From Zygnema circumcarinatum SAG 698-1b (Eukaryota; Plantae; Zygnematophyceae): DNA of 64,000 nucleotides. A program made the position numbers and the translations under genes. This document shows, piece after piece, positions 52,624 through 64,000 of this stretch (position 1 is the stretch's first letter; every line of letters starts with the position of its first letter). The stretch is taken from the NCBI GenBank assembly GCA_037447605.1, contig CM074804.1, positions 3,511,909-3,575,908 on the forward strand, written 5' to 3'. The notes under the pieces are model-generated. The model was not told the origin of the DNA. It did not search any database and worked only from the letters and a program-made list of their open reading frames with translations.

Positions 52624-53959
52624 AAGCGCGTTGCCTTGCCGGCCCTCCCCCCTCCCCCCTCTCAAGGAGAACCCTAAAGAGCGCTGACTGCTAATACGAG
52701 CGACGGCAGCCCTGGCTCTCCCTCGGACACGGTGTGCCGCTGGGCTGCACTCGGAGCCTTCCCGCCCTCCCCTGCAGCCGCTACGGCGTCGACGGGAAAG
52801 ATATCGGCCGATGTCCCGATACGATAATATCGTGTAGTTGGTGTGGTAGTCGCCGTTCCGTTATTTGCGACTGCAACGGCGAAGCGCCAGTTGAACTGTG
52901 ACTGGACAGGGTACGACACATGAAGCGACTGTGGCTCAGGTACTATACTTCCAAATCAAACATTGGAGGCGGCCTGGCGAGAAAGGTTCCTGAGGAAAAT
53001 GAAAAAGCAAGGGGTCGGCTCCTCTCAAATTTATCTACGAATTGGAGCAGTAAATTACGTAGCAACGACTGCTTTTCGATGACAAATCTAAAACTGCGAG
53101 TTACACTGCAAGGGATAAAACCTGATACCCAGACGCTAAGCAGGCAGCAGTTCGACGATCCCCGTGTTCTTGGTGCTTGGAAGACTAAGCCTTAAAATCA
53201 CACAGACAAAGTTTTACATATTCTACACAGTTTTTCTCACAGAATCATGCGCAAAGGCATGCATTTCAGAATATAAAGTACGCATTATATTCAAAACACT
53301 GTTCACGAAAAAAGGACGAAAGTCAGTTTGGATCAATTGGCATTTTCAGTCGTCACCAAAAAAGGTAAAAGTATCGAAAATTGCGTCAAACACGCCCCGT
53401 TGCAGTGATAGCCATGGTTGAGCAGCAAGCACAACGACGGAGGGGAGGCGACAAGGATTGGGGGCAAGAGTTGGCGCGCCGCCCTTCATCGTCCAGTGAC
53501 AGAACGAGCTCGTCTCCCCTTTGCAACAACTCCTTGCAGCACATGGCCCCGTCAGCGACACGACACGATACAACACGATATAGTACGGTATTTCACGATA
53601 CGGTACATTAAGATACGATATGTAACGATACGATGCGACGTTCGATTTGTGCTGTCGGTTGCTGGCGCCGCACGCAGCAGTCCACGTCAGCGCGCGCGGG
53701 CGGGCGGGCGGGCGGCAGGCGCCGAGCACGCGGTTTGGACCCGTACGGTCCAATGCCTGCCGCAGGGGTGGCCTCCCATTGGTCCACGTGGCCACCACGT
53801 GAGCACTGGTGCGTTCTCCGCCAATCGCGGCCCTCGGCCTCCGCAAGGCCCGCCCGCCGGCCAGTCCGTGCGACTGGCGGTCGGCGCTGCGCCGAGACAG
53901 AGAAGAGTGGAGAGAGGGAGGAGAGAGGAGAGAGGTGAGAGGTGACAGGGGGGGCAGCC

Positions 53960-56900
53960 ATGGCAGGAAGCACTTCGCAGCCGCTTCTAGGCGAGGCCGA
54001 GCGGCAGTGGAAGCCGAGACTATCCATGGAAGGCGCGCGGCTGGCGCTGCTTCTTGTAGCTGCGATGCTTGCCGCTTGCTTGGCGACTCTTGGAACCGTT
54101 CGCCTACAGGGACCGCGCGTGCTGCGGATGGCGAGGCTGCGTTCTCAGGAAGAAGTTCGGAGTCATTTCCTCAGCGTCCCCTGCAACAGCAGCATAGCGA
54201 GCCATCTGTTCAACCTCACACAGGAACCACACTTGGCAGGGACGCCTGAGAACATGCGCACTGCAGACTACGTACTATCCAAGTTTCAGGTGCGCCGCAT
54301 ACTGAATTTCAGGACGGGATAACTTGAGAAGTATCACGTGCATCGATCTGCATGTTCATTTGATGCTTTGTGCTTTCTCTCACGGGTTATAGCTGATGGC
54401 TAGATTGGGATAAGGCAGTAAAACTTCAAGAACCAGGCAAAGCTGCTGAGCACACGTGCGCATTGGACTCATATTAATCTGTTTGACGGCTCCAGTATTG
54501 GGGAGGTACCAGTTGTCGAACTTGTGAATAGATAGAGTAAGGCGCAAAGGCAGCTGAGTCGGGATCGGATCAGCTACCACTTGATTTTGATCTTAGTGGC
54601 GAAACGATTTTTTGCTGCAATGCCGCTGACAGAGTAAATTCATTTCCTACGGACATGTCGACATTCCAAATTATGGTCTAAGTTTTAGCATAGGCCCAGG
54701 GTCAATCGCGCCCATCGTGAAATGGGAGACGAGGGAATTCGTGAATTGAAGGATCACGAACCGGTGCTAATACGCTCTCCAAATGTGCTGTTGAGGGGAA
54801 CTGAAATTGACCATTTTGATAAGATCGCTTTTCTCAGATGAAGGTAGAACAGTGTTCCTCTGACCTTGTTGACCACCCATGAAGGGCCGTACAAGTATCT
54901 TCTTCGAGGACGTGCTTGAAGCCGATTTGTGACCCCCCGAAGCATTCACCACGTTTAGTTCGCCGAATGCTGAATGTCTACGATCGCGGATTCGCTTGGA
55001 ATAATCAAAGGAGGAATGCAAGACTGGCCTTAGCTCAAACTGTGTATTTCCAGATTGAAAACCCTCTGTATCGAACAATGCGCTATCTGCGCAAGACACA
55101 AGTAAATGATGCATTTATAAAAAGGAAACGTGCAGGAGCTCAAGAATCAAGCAACTCTTTTTAAATGCAAGCACTATTATGCGTGTCATTGTGATGGATT
55201 GCGCAGGAGTACGGACTTGAGGATGCCCACTTTGCTGACTATCCCGTGCTGCTCAGTTATCCTATTTCCACTTCCCTCTCCATGGAAGCACCGGTTAGAC
55301 GCAACTTGAAGCACAGGGAGGGCGGCATCCCGGGGGACCCCTACAGCGCTAACGGCGGCGTCTCTGACCTCTTCCTCGCCTACTCGCCGAGTGGGAGTGT
55401 GACGGCGGAGGTAGTGTACGCCAACTACGGCAGAACAGCGGACTTTGCAACGCTGCAGGACCTCGGAGTTGACTGCACAGGAAAAATTATTTTGATGCGC
55501 TATGGGGAGATCTTCCGCGGTGATAAGGTGAGCAAACCAAACCCTCTTTGCAGACGCTATGGTTATGTAAATACAATGGGGATTTCGTTGAAAGCTGAAA
55601 GACATGGAAGGTGCGAGACATGGCAATGAAACAGTGAGAGTGTGGGCCTGCAGGTTGCAAACGCAGCCAAAGCTGCAGGAGCAGCTGCGATAATTTATTC
55701 TGATCCGGAAGACTCTGCGCCTGAAGGGACGAATGCGTCACATGTTTACCCACATCGCCAGTGGCTCCCTTCCTCGGGGGGGCAGCGAGGCACTATTTAC
55801 GAAGGCTTAGGGGACCCAGAAACGCCCGGTTGGCCCTCCACCTTTGACGGGGAAAGGTTGTCGAGGGAAGCCGTGAAAGATGTGCTTCCAACGATTCCTG
55901 CAATGCCCATTTCTTATGCGGATGCCGAACCCATCCTGACGAGACTTGGAGGCCAAGTTGCGCCGCAATCCTGGTGGGGGGGCATTCGGAGAGAAGGGCA
56001 CGGGCTAGGACCCGGCCCCGTGGTTCTCAATATGACCGTTGAGGTAGGATATCTGCCTCCCGTTGAAGATTGATGTTATGAAGATTGCTTTCCGCAGGCT
56101 GTAGAATGCTCGGGGTGATTATTGCTGCAAGGGCTTTCGCCATCAGCGTTGACTCTTCGTGTTTGCATTCTGGATTGCAGATGGACACAGTTGTGCGGAC
56201 CATCCGTAATGTGATCGCTTCAGTGGAGGGTTCGGAGGAGCCCGAAAGGTCTCTTTCCATCAGCCGCTCCCTCTTTCCCCAGGGATGCTGCTCGTTGTAT
56301 TAGGCCGAAAAAGACACGGATAGCTGCTGCTTTTACTTAATGTTGCGCACATGCAGCGAACGATGCGTAGCATGGGGTGTCTGTTACTCTGCCTTAAGAC
56401 TGCGTGCAAGTCGATGCAGGTATGTGGTGTTGGGCAACCACCGGGATGCGTGGGTGTTTGGAGCAGCGGACCCCAACAGCGGGACCTCCTGCATGCTGAC
56501 AGTGAGCCCTCTCACAGCCCTCCCTCCTTGCTCTGCTTCTGGGAAGGCTGGGTGGGAGGTGGCTAAGCACTTAACAAGTGAGCTGCTGGCGGGAGGGATT
56601 CCGCAGCTGGCAGAGGGGTTGGGCCGACTGCTGCGCACGGGGTGGAGGCCGCGGCGGTCCATCATACTGTGCAGTTGGGACGCAGAGGAGTATGGGCTGG
56701 TAAGGGGCGCCATTGCAAGCCTTCAAAGATTGCAGGTTGTTCCAAGTTCAAAGTAGAAGAGGTCAGTGTGGAATTTGCAGGGAGTATCATTGCGGTGCTC
56801 TTCTCACTTCACACAGACTTCGCGGAAGTGTCGTGGTTTCTCGATATGTTTGTGTGGGAGGACTGGGAACCCAAGCAAACGCACATGTAACAGCGACAGC

Positions 56901-59156
56901 AACGCGAAGGATACAGACGGACATAAAGTGCACGTGTCTGTCAGATTAAATAGTTCTTTCGAACGAGCAACAGTCCCACGGCTGACTCACCCCGTGTTAA
57001 TCTCAATTGCCGTGCTCTCTGTGGCCTCTTTCTCCTTCATACTCCTACACTCAGTGCAATGCCCTTACATATTGGCTTTCTCTCCTACTGCAGATCGGTT
57101 CTACAGAGTGGGTGGAGGCCAACGAGGACCTCCTCCACTCCCGGGCAGTGGCCTACGTCAACGTCGACGTGTCGGTCTCAGGGCCCGGCTTCTCCGCTTC
57201 CTCCACACCTCAGCTCGACCGCGTGCTCTGGGAAGTAGCCAAGGAGGTGCGCCCATCGCCTCCCACAGCTTACACGCAGCGCTCCATGCTTCCTGCAGTC
57301 CTCCCCTCCCTCTGGTGTGTCTCTGCTTGAGGGCTGTGCGGCTACCTCTGGTTGCAGGTGGCCGACCCTGACAGGGAGGGCCTCTCTGTCTACGACACGT
57401 GGCTGGAGTACAGTCAGCAAAGCCTGCCCGGCAGCAGCAACCCGCAGGTATTTTCTACTGCTTTGCAAGGCTGACAGAGTCTTTGGAAGTTGTGGAGAAG
57501 GAGACGCACTTCCTGTTGTATCAGACCTTCGCGATCTGCTGTGGTGACGATTTGACTAAGGTTGCTGGAAAGCGAGAGGGATGCAGTTGGGTCGCTTGGG
57601 TGGAGGCGGTAGTGACTTCGCTCCTTTCCTTCAGCACATTGGTGTGCCGGCAGTTGATATGGAATACGGAGATCAGCTGGCTCACCGTAAACCCTCTCTC
57701 TCCCTCAGATTGTCTGCTGACCTCCTGAACTGGCATGCATGCAGTATTGTTGAGAATATAATCGAGAAGATAATGAATGTCTGTGTGAAGTGGTGTCTAA
57801 TTGAAGGTCTGTTGCGCCCTTGATAGAGCCATCACGGACCTGCATTGGTTGGCTGTTTGTGTGTGTGCAGAATATGCGGTGTACCATTCTGTGTATGACA
57901 ATTACAACTGGATGAGCACGTTTGGCGACCCAGGATTCCACCGCCACGTGGCCTGCACCCAAGTTTGGGGTCTGCTAGTGCTGCGCCTTGCGGATGATGC
58001 GCTGCTGCCCTTTGACTATGGGCACTATGCGCAGGAGCTGGCGGTGAGAACAAGAGAGCACTTTTCCAGATCGTCAGCAAGACCGTATTGGCTTTATTCA
58101 TGAAGTGGTGTTCAATCGAAAATGGAGGTTCACTTCAAGTAATGCAAACCCTCAGATAAATGTCTTGGGTCAAAACTTTGTAAAGTTTCATGAGGGAGAC
58201 AAGCTGTGTGTGATATTGCTGTTTAGTGGTTTAGCAGATGGTCTGTTATTAGTGTCACTCTGAATTCCTGTGCAGACATGCTAGAGGCTGTTGGCTTCAT
58301 AGCCTCACTTCTCTCGCAACAATTCAGATGTTCTATCGCCAGCTGCATGCCAAAACTCATCCTCATTCCCATGGTGAATAACTTCTGCAGGGCTATGCCG
58401 CGAGTCTGCAAGACTCCGTGGTCCGAGTCCTCCAGGAAACGAATGCTCCTGCAAATGCAGTTTCTGTCTCCCCCCTTTTCGTAGCCGTCGGCCGTTTTGT
58501 GGAGGTCTCTGGCCAGCTCCGGACGCAGCTCCAGGTAGACCATTCGTTCCTCCAGCACCGAGCTGCAACCTGAAAGCTAAAACCTCTCGCAGAAGAGGAA
58601 GCGCTGGCTATATCTGACGAGCGATCAAACGGGGGAAATTCTACTTTCCGTGCTTCCGTTCTGCCTCTCTTCCAGGCCCTCCAGAAGCAGCTCCTCCTTT
58701 TTGGCAGCAGCGGCCCACAGCCCGTCCAACAGGCCCTGCTGTCTGTGAACGAGCGCATGCTGCTTGCAGAGCGGGCCATGCTCGACCCTGAAGGCTTGGG
58801 AGGAACCCGCTCTTGGTACCGCCACTTGGTCAGCCTCCACAGCCAGACCTCCTCATAATAATCATGTCCTTTTTTATATTCGGGTTTCTAGAGGGGTCCA
58901 TTGACTTCTGTGCCAGCCAAACATTAGGTCATTTGCTTCGTCTTCCTGGATACCAAAAGAGATTCGTGACCACCTGCAGGTGTATGCGCCAGCCTTGGAT
59001 GACAACTATGGCTCCGTAGCCTTTCCTGCCATAGTGGAGGCCCTTGCGGGCTTGGGCCATGCCGGCCATGGCGCTGCCCGTCTGCAGCACGAGATATTCC
59101 GTGCAGCTCGTGCAGTAGACCGCTCTGCTGCTGTCCTCCGGGGAGCGCTGGTTTGA
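53960..59156 (+). CDS. Glutamate carboxypeptidase II family (M28B, AMP1/LAMP1-like) type II membrane peptidase, ~13 exons
   Basis: N-terminal TM helix, PHLAGT, PA domain ([15 protein letters not shown]), [42 protein letters not shown], and TFR dimer region ([29 protein letters not shown]). Zn ligands are intact. Confidence 0.95.
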
Positions 59157-59355
59157 GCCCGCCCGCGGGTGCCGGCAGGCAGTCCCTCCTCCCTTCTGAA
59201 TGAGAACGGATGTGATTGGGCTTCATGCTGCAAGTTCGCCTGAAGCGCAGGCTCGAGAGAATGAGGTGGGACGTGCTCCTTTTGCTTATTGTAGAAATCT
59301 GATTAGAGAGTGAGGTGTAGGCAGTCAGAATAGAGAAGGAGAGAAGAGGGAAGTG

Positions 59356-60846
59356 AGCAGGCGCAGAGGGCGGTAAAAGTGCGGCGTAGCTTTGGTGCAA
59401 CTGTCGTGCAGGCTGTTCCTTGATTAGGGTCGGCACATGTTCGCCAGCTGCCAAGCCTGTGGCCGCGTAGCGACTTGTCGGTGCTGACCTCGCAGGAAAG
59501 ATGTAAATATCGGAGGCCGATGCATAGCGAGCAAGAGGAGTCTCGGCACGGATGACCTTTTAAGGATGTGAAAGGTCATTATTTTTTTTTTTTTTTTTCC
59601 AAAATAGCTTCAAACCCCAAACTCTGAACCCCAAAAAGTGGTATTCGCTGTTTCCTGTTTGGTGTTTTGTGCGCAAAGGTAGGGGGACAGGGAAGGGATA
59701 AGGGTGGGGAAGGGAGGGGATAAGGGAAGGGAAGGGAAAGGGGAAAGGGAAGGGAAGGAAAGGGAGAAGGGAAGGGGAGGGGAAGCGATAAGGGAGGGGG
59801 ATGGAAGTGAGACGGGAAGGGAAGGGATAAGGGAAAGGAAGGGGAGGGACAAGGGGAGGGAGTGAAAGGGACGGGATAAGGGGGCGAAGGAGGAGGAAGA
59901 AGGAAAGGAAGGGAAGGGAAAGGATCAGGCAAGAAAAGGGAAGGAAGAAGGGAAAGGAAAAGGGAAGGAAGGGAAGGGAAAAAACAGCAGAAAATAGGGC
60001 AGAAAAGGCTGAATCAATGCAAATGACAAAACAGAAGAAGAACAAGGACGAAAACACACAAAGATGAGACACAATGAGCAGCGCAACTCAACACGACAAG
60101 CGACGCCAGAAAATGTCAAAAGCAGAGCGAAAAACGGGAGACCGCTTTTTTTGGAAAAAAGAAGGTACAATGACCTTTCACATCCTTAAAAGGTCATCCG
60201 TGCCGAGACTCCTCTTGCTCGCTATGCATCGGCCTCGCCCCGCTTCGCTCTGCACACTCCGATATTTACAACTTTCCTGCGAGGTCGGTACCAACAATTC
60301 GCTACGCGGCCACAGGCTTGGCGGCTGGTGAACAGGCGCCGGCTCTAACCAACAAACAGCCTGCACGACAGTTGCACCAAAGCTACGCCGCTAGGGTTGG
60401 GGGCACGGTCCCCCTCCGACCCGTGCCCAGGGGCACGTGCCAAGGGGGGGGGGCCATGCCCCTTTTTCGTGCCCCGTGACGTGACTGCATTGAGCAATTC
60501 AAATCGGCCCAAAAAAGAATATAATATTTTAAAAACGGTACGAATGAAGGTACGAAAAGTACAGATGAATGTACTAAACGTACGAATCAAGGTACAAATG
60601 TACGAAAAAATGAAAAGTTGGACGGTACTCAACACAACAATCGTCACCGGCCCGGGCCCGGTCGTACGAGGTAAGCGTCACGTGACAGGGGGCACGGGGG
60701 GGCACGAAATATATGGGGAAATTTTTTGGAGGCGTGCCCCGGGCACGGACGGTCAAAAATGGGGGGCATGCCCCCCCCCCGGGCATGCCCGTGCCCCCGT
60801 GCCCCCAACCCTATACGCCGCGCTTCTACCGCCCTCTGCGCCTGCT
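59356..60846. repeat. Foldback inverted repeat: left arm ~59356-59580, right arm ~60167-60391 plus 60822-60846, with a GA-rich spacer
   Basis: The arms are reverse complements; the innermost ~67 bp match perfectly. Confidence 0.88.
60392..60813. mobile_element. hAT-type MITE (422 bp) inserted in the right arm of the foldback
   Basis: 17-bp TIR TAGGGTTGGGGGCACGG/CCGTGCCCCCAACCCTA, exact 8-bp TSD TACGCCGC at 60384-60391 and 60814-60821, and subterminal GGCAC/GTGCC repeats. Confidence 0.93.
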
Positions 60847-61748
60847 AAGTACGTGCCTATGTAAGTCCGATCCTAATTACTTCTCTCAACTTGGAACTCC
60901 TTGATGCCTGCCGCCGCTCCTCCGGCAGCGGCTAAAACCAGCACCACCAGGAGTCCATTCCCCTATGCTGCGCTGCAGCCCGGAGACCGCCATGGCTTGC
61001 CTTAGCTTATCCCCTGGCCATCCCCGCCCAAGCTTTGAGAACACTCTCCAGCAGACGCCCTCCCTCCTGCGACGCTCCCTCCGACCGCGTTTGCCCGCCC
61101 GGCCGCCCGCCCGAACGGTACTGACTTTCACGTTCATGCCAAATCGTGGTTGCGATACGACTGATGGTTCTGAACGATCAGTGAAAGGCCAGGGAGGAGG
61201 TGGCATTGATCTCACGATGGCGATGCCATCAAATGTACATGGACAAAATCATCAGTGAAAGACTACTGTTGGACGACACTTCTGTACATCCCTTGCATCC
61301 TCGAAGTAAGGGACAATGCAGGTTCAAAGCTTCCCATAAACCATTTCAATGATATGGACAAATTTGAATAACAACTGGTCTCTCTGGTCATCATCATTAT
61401 TCTGACCGTCAATGTAGCCCAGTCACCAGCGTCATGGCATATTGTTTGCTATATTTGCCAAGTGTAACAAAGTGAATTATTGGATTCAGCGGCACAATCT
61501 TCGCAAGCCCATTGGTACCATATTCTTATTCTAAACCTCTCTAGTCTCCCACCACAGCAAAATAGTCCCAATAGAATCAAATCATAGGCTCACATGTCAT
61601 ATTTTTTACTTAGTCCAACTGATTTGAGTGGACAGAAACTTTGTTACATTGACACAGTTCACTTGCGGATCACAAGAGTCTGCAATTCGAGAGCAACTTG
61701 AGCTATATCGCTTACAAATGTCGCACTTCAAATTCTCCGGCAGCAGCC

Positions 61749-63657
61749 CTAACTCCTATTGCTGCGATCGTATGGATGATAGCGGAGGTTCCGTTCCTTC
61801 CCCCGCATACTGTGTGAAGAACCATCCCGATCGCGGTCTGCATCACACATCCAGGGCAATCTTTCACACGAAATAATCAACATGCCGATCACAAATTATC
61901 CGCACATTTCAATTGTGCGGATAACTAAACATACTAAAAACACTAAAAAAAACACTAAGGCTAAAAACATAGCACGTCAAAATCCAGGGGCCCAAATACC
62001 AAATACCTTTACAGGACTAGATCGGCTTGCTTTAGACAGATCGGAGCAAGCAAATGCTATAGCTTCCAAACCAGTTTGCATACAAAAGGCATCACCGGAG
62101 GCAAAAGAAAATCGCAGCATGTTCCTCACCTCGTGACGAGCTGTGGTGCCTCTTATCGTAACGACCTGACATCATAGACACGACATACCTTCTGTCAGCT
62201 GCATAGTCCAGCTTACAGACACAAATAAGCTGATTGGAGCTAACTCTACACAGGACTTGGGCATCTACCTAAGATCACTTTCTGTCACTTTCCCCAAAGA
62301 AAGCTCAGAATGCACAGGGGACAGGCCACTCACCAACATCTCGCGGCCTGTCCCGGTCCCTATCCCGATGTTCACGATCCTTACTCCTTTCCTTGTCTCT
62401 TTGCTCGCGGCTTCGACCATGTTCTCTATCACCATCGCGCTGTTGCTCTGTGTCTCCTGCCCTCCCTTTCTCTCGGCTCTCCTTCTCTTTAGGACCCTTT
62501 TCTATCTCCTTGCTCTGTCCTTGCACCGTTCCTGCCACTTCCTCTACATCTCTCTCAGGTGCCAAACTGGTCTTCGTCATCTCCTCTTCAATAATTTCAG
62601 TTGCAGCGGTGAATGGATCCCTCTTAGGTTCAAATGAAGCACCGTCTTTTGCAGGCTCTTCTGTTTCCTTCCCGCCCTGTGGAGCTGTATCTTTCTCCGG
62701 CTGGGGGGCCCCTCCCGGGCCATCTGCTGCTGGTTGTGGAGGTGCGTGATGACCATTAGCTGCTGTTTTGGTTGTGTCTCCGATTACCTGAAGACACCAA
62801 GCAGAAAATCGCCACACTTAAAACCACCATTGGAGAGACAGTCCTTTTCCACGATACATCCAGTGATCCTTACCTTCACACAACTCCCTAATCACCAAGA
62901 CTCGTGTGTCCCTGAGGGGCAGCATTCATTTATAGTGCAGCTCGGCAAAACAGCCCGCCGCTAGGCATTCCTTAAGTGACAACTAAATGGTTCTTTTGAC
63001 CTTGTGGAGGGACTGCCTAACAGTGCAGAAAGACAGCTCACGTTCCTTCACTTAGATATCACTACTTACAAATACGCTACTTTACAAAACAAGCACTGAC
63101 ACTACCACACTTTTCACAAATAGTAAGTGAACCTTAACACCCCTAAAAGTTGCAAAAACTACATTGTTAAGGTGCCAGTACGATCCAGGCCATATGTACA
63201 TAAATCGGAATGATTCTGCAACCTGTCTTGGGTACAGATTTCAGTAAATATTAGCGGAAACACGTAACTCATGCAAACTTCCACCTACAGTACCACTTCC
63301 ATATTCTGATACCACAAAGACAATAATGAGCTTCCGTTAATCTAGCTTCAAAGGTTAGACCTCCAATACTTTTCCACAAATGGACTCACCGGGAGGTCTG
63401 AGGGTGGCTCCCAGGCGCGAGTGGACAACACAAAGGACTTAGTGTCTTTGCCAACCTCCACATACCGCGGCTTAGGTTGCTGATAAAGCTCTGCCAGCAC
63501 ATAGCACACTTCGTCTAAGTCCGATTTTTCAGCATCAAAGGCCAACCACCAAGGTGGATTCTCCGGAAGCGGAATGCGAGCACGCCGGGCTGCAGCATAA
63601 ATGACACCGCAAGCAACCACCTCACTCCTGAAACGGACGCAGAGCGTAGTCCGCAAG
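61749..63657 (-). CDS. CYCL1: Cyclin-L1, 3' exons (gene continues past the window end)
   Basis: Exon 63657-63390 reads SLRTTLCVRFRSEVVACGVIYAAARRARIPLPENPPWWLAFDA. Further exons encode an RD/RS-rich tail ending ...RNLRYHPYDRSNRS* (stop at 61751-61749). Confidence 0.93.
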
Positions 63658-64000
63658 CTGCACACATCCATCTTGAACTTAGATTCAAATTCCAAGGCAT
63701 GCAATAATCCATGACTTCCTGATGACGACATCGTACTGAATTTCCGGGTAAAATATTTTAGAGGAAACCCCAAAAGCATTATTTTAAATAATATTCGCAC
63801 CAGCAGCATGCAAAAAGGTTTTCTCCGATGATGATGCGGCAACACCCTTTTCATTGCAGAAACCTCCTCCAAACGTCACATAAGCTGCTAATGCACGTCA
63901 AAAGAAAGAATTTGACTTTTCCTTTTCTCCTCCAGTATTGACCGCTTTAGGAGAAAAAATCAGGAACGAATGGAAACATGAGTATACCAGACAGGACACC

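Overview
This is eukaryotic nuclear DNA with GT-AG spliceosomal introns. The gene content points to a streptophyte green alga or early-diverging plant, though the species cannot be determined from sequence alone. Most of the supplied ORF track is noise from GC-rich or low-complexity sequence; the real genes are multi-exon. Gene order: SMC5 (3' part, +), RAB3GAP2 (-) head-to-head with the SNARE USE1 (+), a CDF-type Dof factor (-) head-to-head with divinyl-chlorophyllide reductase DVR (+), three ELIP genes (+,-,+), class II DAHP synthase (-), a SPEN3-like RRM/SPOC protein (-) head-to-head with a glutamate carboxypeptidase II/AMP1-like gene (+), and cyclin-L1 (3' part, -). The ELIP region is a rearranged duplication: a ~1.6 kb near-perfect inverted repeat plus a tandem-duplication junction joining the DAHPS and DVR 3' flanks. 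Several non-autonomous TIR transposons are present, some with exact 8-bp TSDs and one with a transposase remnant. Best leads: a full-length, animal-type RAB3GAP2 sharing a ~400 bp promoter with USE1 (both act in the Rab18/NRZ/syntaxin-18 ER pathway in animals), the ELIP palindrome, a candidate exitron in the CDF gene, and a foldback with a perfect inner core behind the GCPII gene. All homology calls are from recalled family motifs, not database searches.
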